Assembly: GCF_002113885.1 (NCBI RefSeq)
Contig: NW_018405252.1
Location: 302,001 to 366,000 of the forward strand
Direction of reading: 5' to 3'
From: Mizuhopecten yessoensis
Taxonomy: Eukaryota
Length of the DNA stretch: 64,000 bases
Below are positions 13,251-25,700 of this stretch, piece by piece (position 1 is the stretch's first letter; each line of letters opens with the position of its first letter). The notes under the pieces are model-generated. The model ran no database searches, was not told the origin of the DNA, and saw only the letters and a program-made list of their open reading frames with translations. The position numbers and the translations under genes are program-made.

Positions 13251-14159
13251 AGGAATCCTGACATTAGACAAAAATCCTGGCCTAAGTGGAGACACCAGAA
13301 TGAAGCTTCATTAAATATGTTTCAAGACATGAAATTGACCAAAGCAAGACTCAATCCTTAATTAATCAAACAATCTACATTGGGTCAACAGTTGGAGGAA
13401 TCACTACATATATGTATCAATTGGTATATTAACCAATACTGTATACACAAATTTACTTCTTATCTGGTGTGGTAATGTGAAGGTCAATTTCATTGACAAT
13501 TTAAGAAGGTGTGTTATGTTAATATTCAAATTTATGATCATGATTAACCAGATTTCTATTAAAAAGCAAGTATTACTGTCTAAACTAGTATGAAATAAAT
13601 TCCTACACAAAGCAAAAGAGTTTCAGCACATCTACATTATTACGTAAACAAATCTGTCCCAACTTCCTCTATTTCTTTAAATAGAACATTAGTGTTGGTT
13701 AACGTTGATGTTGGTTAAGGTGTAATACCCCAATGCTTGGTGTTGTATCTCCCACACAGAAGAGTTCTAAATTATTCACACTTGGAGGTGCTTGCCAATA
13801 TAGTAAGGCAAAATGAGTACTATATGTTCATTAGTATATATATAATTTCTTTTTTTCACAGAAACGTTTTCAATCTCTTCGGAGGTTTGGAATACCTGAC
13901 CTGATAACATAGAAAGGTGCTTAACGAATGTGCTACCCTTCTGAGGTTTGGAATACCTGACCTGATAACATAGGTGTCTCTCCTGACCTGATAACATAGA
14001 AAGGTACCTAACGAATGTGTTACCCTTCACCATGTTAGTTACTTTCGTGATTTTTCTTCAATACAGAACATTATCACTCTCATGCAGGACATCTGAAACA
14101 TAACTGTGGATAATTTCAAAATGTTTTAACTCCCTAAAAAGGCCTCCAACCAGAAACTT

Positions 14160-14385
14160 GGGTAGTCGGATAGCAGGGCGGACAGCTCACATGCCTTTCA
14201 CAAAGACAGTTGGGATACAATTGCCCGATAGGATGTGGAAAGGTAAGAGATCACCTGTCTGACCACGCAAGTTTTCCCCATTCAGGTCAACCAGTGAGTG
14301 ATTATTGATATAACTTGCTTCTTAATTGTTGTAAAATAAAGTTGATATAACTTGCTTCTTAATTGTTGTAAAATAAAGTTTATTT
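14160..14385 (+). mobile_element. Degraded V-type SINE (same family as 35200 and 45634 copies) with duplicated tail
   Basis: gcctttcac, cacctgtctgaccacg, ttgttgtaaaataaa tail x2. Confidence 0.55.
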
Positions 14386-14454
14386 CACTTTGTGTTCACG
14401 CGTTTATCTCTAAAAGCACAATAACAAGCATTTCTGTGACACAGTTGAGCCCTA

Positions 14455-14712
14455 GTTACAAACATTTTCATGACAGAGTAGAGCCTTGGTTACAAACATT
14501 TTCATGACAGAGGAAAGCCCTGGTTACAAACATTTCCATGACAGAGTAGAGCCTTGGTTACAAATATTTCCATGACAGAGGAAAGCCCTGGTTACAAACA
14601 TTTCCATGACAGAGTAGAGCCTTGGTTACAAACATTTCCATGACAGTAAAGCCCTGGTTACAAACATTTCCATGACAGAGTAGAGCCTTGGTTACAAACA
14701 ATTCCATGACAC
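14455..14712. repeat. ~33-bp minisatellite, ~8 copies
   Basis: ggttacaaacatttccatgacagagtagagcctt. Confidence 0.9.
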
Positions 14713-16600
14713 ATACCCAAATTACAAACACACCAATGACAGGGTTGACCTTACATTCCACACTCCATCAAACTTAATGAGCATTTACATATCAAAATCA
14801 AGAAAATAAAGAAGCACTACTATCTACAGTATTAATACTGTAGATAGTATTTACATCAAAATCACAATAACAAAACACTTCAGGTAAAAACCTCTTTGAC
14901 ATCAAACGTTAACATATTAGAACAAAATTTGATTTGTAGATGACATGGATTTCATATTCAACGCACAATCTGGTAGTAAGTTATGTATTCTCTTGTTGTA
15001 ATTATACATTAGTATCCGTAACTTGATTAGAACACTTAAGCTTGGACCTTTTTATTGATGCAGCTGCAAAGCTACACTTCCTCTGTGCATTAAGGTAAAA
15101 AAAAGAAGAGGATTGGAGTTTCAGAAGAGAAACAACGAACTAACTTGTTTTGGTCTGTATCAGTATTTCCTTCATGTTTTTTAATTCGTCATAAAAAATA
15201 TGTGAACAGATAACCTCATAAAACATGCTTATGTCATGTTACTCTTTCGTTGGATGATGAAGATTAGGAATAAATTTTGAAGGTTACAATAGTTCAAACT
15301 ATACAGGGTTTTTTTATGATACGGAAATAGCACTAAGCTGTACTCATTATTATGCAACTATTGACAGCAAAATCATGAACTATACACACACACATACCCC
15401 CCTCTCTAACAACATTCGAGTGGAAAGAAAAATCTGATAGACATATGGTTCACATATAATCAGATGAAATGCAAAAACTGGCGTATATTTCTTACAGATA
15501 CATGAACATATAAAATCTGCAGTCCAGCTGCTCCCTGAATGTTGAAGCCTGTCACCAGACCTGTTACCCTGTTGGTAACTTGAAGCCTGTCACCAGACCA
15601 GTTACCCTGTTGGTAACACTTGAGTTTATCTGGTACGACAACAATGGCTGTTGTGAGATCGTAGTTGAGTATAAGTCTATCAGGAAGGTCAACAATATCT
15701 GAAGGATATAGCACTTTTAATTATGTCAAGGTCATAAAACCTATAATTAAACATTCTGTAAAAAGAACTCAAGATCTTCTAACCCATGCAACTTCTTCCG
15801 TATTCTTCTGCATTTTGAAATAACTTCTTGAATAATTTAATGTCTCATTTATTATCATGCAGATTTTCTAATTTATAAATTGATTTTTTGAAGTACAATT
15901 GTTAATCAACCTCCAGACCTATTCGACACAGTATGGTTTGTAATGTCAGAGTGTAGGCTATTGTCTTTTCTATACATATTTGCATTGTCGTTTCAACTCA
16001 TGTACAACAACCATGGTTACTCCTGACTTACATATCCCCTTGAAGTCTTCCTGAAAATATATATCCCCTCAACAAAATCTGCAAGGGAGTAGTTGCTATT
16101 ACATTTGAAAAGGTCATCCTTTAGGACTAAGTATTACCAGGTAGATGCCGGTCTTGTAATGCACAACTGACTGACACACCTCTTCTTATGCATATTGACC
16201 TTTTGGTAACCTTTGGCAACAATTCTGGCGAATCATATTAACCTTTTCACCCCTATGTAACTTGAGTAAACTCTACCATGCATTGACTGGACAAGTCCAT
16301 TACGGTCTTTGTGGTGATCCATGTTAAACTTTCTAGCGATCCATTGTGATGTATCCAGTGCCCCATGCAGACCTTCCTGGTGACAGGTGTTGACTTTTAT
16401 TGCTGATCTTTGATGACAGTTCTGGTATCATGTTGACGTCTCTCATGATTACTGGGAAACCTCCTAATGACACATTGATTATTTTGATAATCTTCGATGA
16501 CAATTCTGTTTACTTCTGTATACCTTGCTATAACCCATGGCGACATTTCTGTCCATCCTAGCTTGCTCACCTATTTGATTCAGAATATTTTTAACCCCCC

Positions 16601-16774
16601 TCAATTGAGCGTACCGCGACAAGACGACGCCCCACATAGACACGGAATCTTTTCATCCTCAATGGGGAATTTGTAGTCATATGTTATTTCCTCATTAACA
16701 TCAATGTCTCTCTTGGAATAGATTACAATTTTCTTATGACTCTCCACTGTGATCACCTTAGCGTAACAGTTTGG
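16601..16774 (-). CDS. SETD1: SETD1 last coding exon (SET C-terminus and post-SET)
   Basis: [60 protein letters not shown]. Confidence 0.98.
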   Translation of the reverse strand, partial: PNCYAKVITVESHKKIVIYSKRDIDVNEEITYDYKFPIEDEKIPCLCGASSCRGTLN

Positions 16775-19700
16775 CTACAAAAACAAAAGCATTAGGTAAT
16801 CAGGGATGGATAATTGTTGGTTTTATTATCACCTCAATTTTATTTCTGTGCGTGAATGAAAGGTTGAACTAAAAATTTCAGTACGTTGTTTGTCAGCTTT
16901 GACATCACAAATCTGCTTAAAGATTATATCATTGCAATGTTACGTGAACATGATTCCTTTTTATATTTAAGGATTTTACTGTGACTAAAAGGATCATACC
17001 AAACAGTGAATTGAGAACACTATTCAGTTTTATCTGTACTAACATCTCAGTCACTAACAGGGGTACCTCAGCCACTATACTTACATTACAACAGTGGTTA
17101 ATAAAGCGAGCCAGATTGCCACACTTCGTGGCGTCGATGATAGTTTCAGCGTCCACCCTGAACATGTAGCTACTGCCGATACCGTCAGCCTCGTACTTCT
17201 TCTCACGGAGGTCTGCTACTGACTGACGCACACCCTGCCCTACGTACTCTATCACCATCTCATCTGCCGCAATCGGCTCCAGTGCAAACAGGCCCCAGTC
17301 GTGGATATCTGAGCGGGCAAACCTCAGCTGCTTCTTACGGTACTGCGGTGGAAGGGGACAGTGTTACAACAACATTCTTAATGTGAACATAGTACATTAG
17401 TACTTTGAAAACTTGAGTTTAAAATATGATTTGGTTTATAAGAATTACCAATTCTAGTATAAATTGGTTTATAATCAAAAATCTAATATTAATTGGTTCA
17501 TAATCCATTCTAGTATAAATTGGTTTATAATCATAAATCTAATATTAACTGGTTTATAAATACCAATTCTAGCATTAACTGATTTAAAAAAAAAAATATG
17601 ACCTTTAAAAAGGTAAATACCTTGAGCTGATTGAAGCGCAGCAGGTCACCCACATCAAGGTCAGCAAATGTTGTTTGGAGTCTCCTGTTTTCATGTCGAG
17701 CTTCTCTGGAGGTGTGTGCTTTCTTTTTAAATAATAATCGAAAATTATCTCATTACCAAGAATCAATTAAAATATGTAAATTAATTCCATATATTTAAAC
17801 AGTTGTGTGGCAAAAACACTAAGATCATTTGAATTTATTTAGTCATTCAAAATAATGCAATGCAATAAATCCTTGACAAGGGAGGTAACCCACATTAATC
17901 CACAAGATGTAGAGTTTGGCTGGGACATCTATTTTACGTTCTGGAAGGATGATTTATAATTATAATTTAAATGAACCTGTAAAAATGTTTACATTTGATC
18001 CCATTAATGATTCATCAAAGTTATCAACATAGATTTGGAATCTTGATTTAATCACAATCTTTGTTTGGTCTATACTCTATGAGCCAATTTGAAACAATGT
18101 GTACATTATGCATGGCACTCATTTTCATTACTGTATACCAGGAAATTTTAGCTGCAGTTGAATTTTTGCCTTTTTCGACATCCGTAATGAGGGCAAATTC
18201 ATTATTACAGCGAACATTGGTAAACAACATAGTAAACATTGTAATTAAATGTGAAGGGCGATCTAATATAGGGTGAAAATGGATTTTACTGTTGAAGGGT
18301 GATCTAATATAGGGTGAAAATGGATTTTACTGTTGAAGGGCGATCTAATATAGGGTGAAAATGGATTTTACTGTTGAAGGGTGATCTAATATAGGGTGAA
18401 AATGGATTTTACTGTTGAAGGGCGATCTAATATAGGGTGAAAATGGATTTTACTGTTGAAGGGCGATCTAATATAGGGTGAAAATGGATTTTACTGTTGA
18501 AGGGCGATCTAATATAGGGTGAAAATGGATTTTACTGTTGAAGGGCGATCTAATATAGGGTGAAAATGGATTTTACTGTTGAAGGGCGATCTAATATAGG
18601 GTGAAAATGGATTTTACTGTTGAAGGGCGATCTAATATAGGGTGAAAATGGATTTTACTGTTGAAGGGCGATCTAATATAAGGTGAAAATGGATTTTACT
18701 GTTGAAGGGCGATCTAATATAAGGTGAAAATGGATTTTACTGTTGAAGGGCGATCTAATATAAGGTGAAAATGGATTTTACTGTTGAAGGGCGATCTAAT
18801 ATAAGGTGAAAATGGATTTTACTGTTGAAGGGCGATCTAATATAAGGTGAAAATGGATTTTACTGTTGAAGGGCGATCTAATATAAGGTGAAAATGGATT
18901 TTACTGTTGAAGGGCGATCTAATATAAGGTGAAAATGGATTTTACTGTTGAAGGGCGATCTAATATAAGGTGAAAATGGATTTTACTGTTGAAGGGCGAT
19001 CTAATATAGGGTGAAAATGGATTTTACTGTTGAAGGGTGATCTTATATAGGGTGAAAATGGATTTTACTGTTGAAGGGCAATCTAATATAAGGTGAAAAT
19101 AGATTTTACTGTTGAAGGGTGATCTAATATAGGGTGAAAATGGATTTTACTGTTGATGGGCGATCTAATATAGGGTGAAAATGGATTTTACTGTTGAAGG
19201 GCGATCTAAAATAGGGCGAAAATGGATTTTACTGTTGAAGGGCAAACATTTAACTGGCGAATTTTCCCTGTATACAATATCACAGAAAAGTAAAACAAAT
19301 AGGAGACTAAATATGGCTCTGATATAAACTTCAGTTCATCACATCACTTTTACGGGTCAGATATTGTTTGTTGAGTAAAGCTGCTGTTAAAGGTTTATTA
19401 TCCAGTATACTTACCAGTCTTGTGTCAGAATCCATGCCAGCCTTGAAGGCATCAAGTTTGTTTCCAGTCTTGTCTTTCACACTCAGCTTGTAGAAACCTT
19501 CTGTTCTGGCACTCCCTACAACATACACCATAGAAATAAAGTAAGTGTAAGCTTACCTATAGCTAGCTATACATGTTTACCTGTACTCCGGCTCAACATA
19601 AAAATTAACACCTCCAAAGACAAGAGATCCCAGAGGGATCCTGGCGCCCACCATTGTACCATCTTCATTAATATTAGTTCTTTGTCAGTTCGATCTTTTC

Positions 19701-22700
19701 TCTTCTTTTCTCTGATCTGTTTGATCGAGTCATGTTAACTGTAAATGCACCTTGAGGTTACTTTTGATCTTAACTTAATACTGCTGTGTATAAAAGACAA
19801 CCTTCAAAGTGAGTTTGTCTTTTCACATATTTACTAGCACAGTATAACATACTTAATGTGAAAGGATTGGATCGATCATTGCAATATGAGAAAGATCTGT
19901 TTAGTTCCTCCTTAAGCCATTTTGTTTTTATGCTCAGTCTCAAAATATAACATGCACAATGAGGGATCTAGGGTAACCCACATATCAAATTTGAGAAAGA
20001 TCCCTCAAGTTATTCTTGAGAATAACTTGAGGGATATACTAACAAATCCACTATGTCAAAATTCGAAGCCTGTCTGTCATTTTGTGTATATGATCAGTCT
20101 CAAAAGTAAATATGCACAACTAGGGACCTAGGGGAACCTACATGTAAGATTTGAGAAAGATCCACTACTTATTGAGAAACAGCGATAACAAACATTCATT
20201 TTCAAAATCCAAGATGGCTGCCTGTCGACCATTTTGTTTATCTGATCAGTACCAAAAGTTAACCTGCACAACAATTAAAAAAATCAAGGACCAAGGGGAA
20301 CCTCCATATAAAATTTGAGAAAGATCCCTCTGGTACTTCCTGAGAAATAGCCATAACAAACCTTCACTGTCAAAATCAATGATGGCTGCCTGTCATCCAT
20401 GTTGTTTATCCAATCAGTCTCAAAAGTTGCCCTGCACAACTAGGGACCAAGGCGAACCTACATATAAAATTTGAGGAAGACCCATCTCGTACTTCCTGAG
20501 AACATCTAGGTACTTTCTAAGAAATAGTGATAACAAACCTTCACTATCAAAATCCAAGATGGCTGCCTCTCGGCCATGTTGTTTATCATATCAGTCTCAA
20601 TAGTTGCCCAGCACAACTAAGGACCAAGGGGAACCTACATATAAAATTTGAGAAAGATCCCTCTCGTACTTCCTGAGAAATAGTGATAACAAACCTTCAC
20701 TATCAAAATCCAAGATGGCTGCCTGTCGGCCATGTTGTTTATCATATCAGTCTCAAAAGCTGCCCTGCACAATTAAGGATCAATTGCAAGCTGGGGGAAC
20801 CTACTTATAAAATTTTAGAACGATCCCTCTGGTACTTTCTGAGAAATAGCGATAACAAGAATTGTTTAAGGACGGACCACGTCACCACGGACAACGGATG
20901 CAGGGCGATTTGAATAGCCCACCATCAGATGGTCATGATGATATATATGGTGGGCTAATATAATAAATATAACCTGATGTGTAGACGTAACACACTGTGC
21001 ATCTATAGAAAACTGATAAATAATTGCATTACCCCTTAATTCTGTGACCGTTACTGTACAGCCTTGTGTATGAAACAGAACACACTATCTTCCAGGGGTC
21101 AGAAAGGCTGCACCATATGATAGACAATTTTCCTGTTTCTCTACTAGTTCTATATTAGCCATATACTCATGCGTGACCAATGTGTCTTTATTAAATTCTC
21201 TAATCTAAATGGAGCATTTTAAAGTTAACTGCATGAACCCAGCCTTTTCACTGGTATTAGTCTATAATTGAGGGAGGTTTTAACAGGACTATTTAGTGGT
21301 TCAACAGAAACCTTTTTTGTCATAAATTGATGAGAAAAAAAGAATTTTGTTGAATAACAAGAACAAATCTTACTCTAAGAGAAATTAAATTTCTTTGGAA
21401 CTTGTATGCAGTATCTGGAACTCATTTTCAAAGACCATATTACTTTACCAATTACCAATTACATCTGCTTAAATTAACGGGAGGATTCTATTATTAAAAT
21501 TAACCATATGATGTGTGATGTCTTGACCAAAAACACCATCCTAGATAAGTTGAATAATTTGATATAGTGGGTCTATATAACTTGTAATACCTTGGTTCTA
21601 TGCAGTCTAGAAAGAGTTGAAATAATTTACATCCTGGATAAACACCTGAAAACATTAAGGATAAAATGAACAGCTCCACTAGAGCAGCACACTTGGACGA
21701 TGACTACAAACCTGTTGAATGTATCTTTGGCAAGTCTTCTAGTTTCCGTCTCTTTCTGGGAGGAACAGGGTCGGGTATATTTGTAACCGGATGGTCCACC
21801 CACAGAATGTCATTAATCCAGTAACACGAGGGATCCTCAGATTGAAGTTGGTTCTCGTATGTCCTTTTAAGGAACATAATATCCTCGTTATCAAGACCAC
21901 TTGTGTACATATCAAAGAAAACTTTCCGCTCATCGTCCAAATTCCTGGGATCAAACTTTGAAATAGGTTTGATGGGTTCAAGAAGATTTGCCAACTCTCT
22001 ACTTCCTCGTTGTTTATTTAAATGAACTGTCTCTTCTGTAATGTCTGTTAATGTTGGTTGTTTCTGTTTTCTCGGCTTTCTCTTTGCCGGTGATTTTTTG
22101 TTTTCCTGAGGTACCTCGGTTTTCACTTCCTTGGGTTTAACTTCCTTCACAGGTTCTGGTTTCAGTTCCTCCACTGGCATTTCCAGTTTGGGAGGTATTT
22201 TAGGAGGAAGACAGTAATTGTGGTCCATGAACACTTCCACAGGCGACGTTTCCTCATCAGCTGACATGGTCCCATCGGAATCAATTTCATCAGCCTCTTT
22301 TTGTTCTGGAGGTAATACTGGTGGAGCAAAGTAATCATGCTCCGCGAGGAATCCAAACCTTTCCTCCTTGTCAGGCTCAGACTCCACAACATCTATAACC
22401 TCCTCCTTCACTTTCTCCTTCACTTTCTCCTTCACTTTATCTGTCTCTTTCAGAATGGATGGCTTTTGTACGAGTTCTCGTAAACTAAGAATTTCAGATG
22501 CATCTAGTAACGTCTGAAAGTTGGATTTAGTTAAATGTTTGGCTAATTCAAGATTTGCATCTAAGGAAGACCGTGTATTATTGATATTCACACTTTCACT
22601 CTCTGTTTGTGTGTCTTCCTTCTCAGCATTGTCTTTATCACAGATTTCTTCCTTTGTGGGCAACACCCGATCAGAGGGTTGGGGCGACTCGGGCTTCTCC

Positions 22701-25700
22701 TCCCTGTAAAATGCATGAAAAACATGAAAATAACAAGTCTTCAAATATTGTATCCCTGACATATAACAATTTCTCATATTTCAATTTTCATATTTCCTTT
22801 TTAAGACAATTAAATCCTCTTTACAACAATTTCATTATTCCTTCACAAAAAATGGGATTTTAATTAAACACCGTCTTACAACAATTAAGAAACATTTTTT
22901 TTCAATTAGTGTTGGTTGGGGTGGTAGTATTCAGAGGGTTTTGATGTGATAGGAGAATGGAACCAACATTATTAGAGAGGTGACGCCTACCTTTTCAACC
23001 ATCAACTTGAGAATAAAATCCCTGTTGTCTCGGTGAAAGGTAAGTGCCAAGCACCAACCTATCATTTGGATGATCAGCTCTATGTATATATAGTTTCACT
23101 GTTACATTAACAAACTACCTAAAGTGCTTTCTATTTCTATCAAAATCAAACATCATGAACAAATTTGATTCTAGTTTTAAATCAAAAGTTGCTGGGCTTC
23201 AGTTTTAAGAGACGTTCTCTGCCAAAAACTCACTTTTCTTCAGTCTCTGAGAGAGACATATCAATTTCCTCATCTTCTTCATCTTCTTTGTCATCCTCCT
23301 CCTCCTCCTCTTCGTCCTCCTCCTCTTTCTCTACCTTAGCTGGCTCACCAACTGACAACTCCTCATCTTCATCCTCTCTGTAAAACCAAACAATCTCACT
23401 TAATGATTTGCTGTGTATAAAGAAAGGTGTAGCTATAAACCTAGAATTACAAAACAGTCTTCGAATTTCATGTTGATACTGTAATAATGCTCTTAGATAT
23501 CAACCCCAATTATTGGAGTGAAATTATACATACAAACAACATGGTCCTATATCTCATTCTGATATGGCAATGAAACCCCAGGCAACACTTGCCTTAGTGT
23601 GTTCCAACTTTCTCGATCCAGCTGGAGCTTGATCTCTGTCTGATTTCAACTTTAAACCGTGGACAAATGTTTACTGGTCTATCCTTTTCCTATTTCTTAC
23701 GATCTATCATGTGAAGATGTTATTACTGTCAAATTTTTACTATCCATGATGTGAAGACAGTTTACTGTTAGACAACAAAATAGTGAAGATATCTGTAAGT
23801 TAGCAATACAAGAGCAACTGTTAGCACTAATGAGGAGGTTGTGTTAGCACTAATGAGGGGGTTGTGTTAGCACTAATGAGGGGGTTGTGTTAGCACTAAT
23901 GAGGAGGTTGTGTCGTTATCTACAAACCTATCATCTTTAGATATCACATCTATGATGGGATCCTCTTCATCTTCATCATCCTTCCCTTCTACATCTACTG
24001 TTGCGTCCTCTTCATCCTCCTCCTCTTCCTCATCATCCGAATCTGATGCTGATGCTTCGCTCTCATCTTCTTCTTCACTCTCTTCCTCACTACTCTCTGC
24101 GCTGGCCTCTTCATCTGTTGATATGAATAATTGTGTTGATTAATGAATGTGCTAATTGAATGAATTATATATCTGTGTACTGTAAAGTGCTTTAGAGTGG
24201 CTTATTCTAGCTAGATAGGGCGCTATATCAAATGTTGTATATTTCATTTCATTGTATATCTATGTACTGTAAAGCGCTTTAGAGTGGCTTATTCTAGCTA
24301 GATAGGGCGCTATATCAAATGTTGTATATTTTATTTTCTTATTTATTTATAATGAACAGAGACACAAGATCTACCAGAAATTAAACACTTGCATTAACTG
24401 GCTTTGTCACTATAATGTCACTGCCTGATTGTTGTTGATTTTCATTATGAGATGCAGCCAGAAAATGTGAAATATTCATATGCTCCAGCTGCCGTTTTGA
24501 TGAAAATGGAGCTAAATGCAAAGTCTAACCAAAGTCAGTGAAGTGGAAAACATAGGTCAAAGTGACCTACATTTGAAATATTGGTGTTGTACTAATGAAG
24601 ATATATGTACATGTGGAGTTTGAGGACAGGGACGTGAAGAATCAGTGAAATGGAGCTAATCACAGTTTAACCAAACTCAGTGAGTGGTGTAACTTGGGCC
24701 AAAATTGTGTACCCATTACAGCCTCAATAAATGATTTAATGCGCTAATTTTTTTCACAAAACATCTGCCGTAATGTTAGAAATACATAAGGAGAGCTGTG
24801 AAAACAAACTGCCAAATCTCGTAGATGGCTGCTTTGTTGGAACACAGATTACACTTCACAACTAAATAAAGTAGATCTATTACTTGCAAAACAAAATGCA
24901 TTAATCAATCAAACATTTTCACAGATAAATTTAAGTATACCATCATCTTCATCTTCATCCTCATCTTCATCATCATCGTCATCATCACTGCTATCACTGA
25001 CAACAGCCTTCCTCGACGCTCTCGTGGATGTGACTTCATCATCTAGAAAAGATTTGTTAAATCAAACTGAAAAATGTTTCTACGCGAATAGCAGTTCAGG
25101 TTTCCAATTTTGCCTGTTTGCTTGTGCTTGGCGATTCATGTACATTGAATTGCCACTAACCCTTTCACCACTTTAGACCATAATAGACTCAACCAGATCA
25201 ATGCATGGTAGAGTTTTCTAAAGTTACATAGGGGTGAAAGGGTTAAGGTGATGTGTGGCAGTGCTTTATGACACTCGTGGTAGTCTACACTTGGTCCAGA
25301 CACTATAGGGGTGTGTCTTGCATACTGTTGGTCTGATCGTAGATTACACCTCCCACTGAACACATATATTTCATAGCTATTAAACATATATCTTGTAGCC
25401 TTCTTGCAACATAATACCTATCTTTTTTGTCTCCTTGATATTATATGTGTTCTCAATTCTATCAGCATACTTTCAAACAAGATGTAAATGATTCAGTTCT
25501 ATGTTTTATTCTGTACCACAATGCCACCTGACCACCACCAGGGGTTTGGCTGAGTGGAGGAGAGAGTAATTACCTGATCCAGCTTCATCCTCCCTCTTGG
25601 CCTCATCATCACCCTCCTCCTCCTCCTCGTGAGCACCCTTACTCTCCTCATCCTCGGGAGGTGGGGACGGTGGACGGAACTTCTTCTACAATAGTACCGA

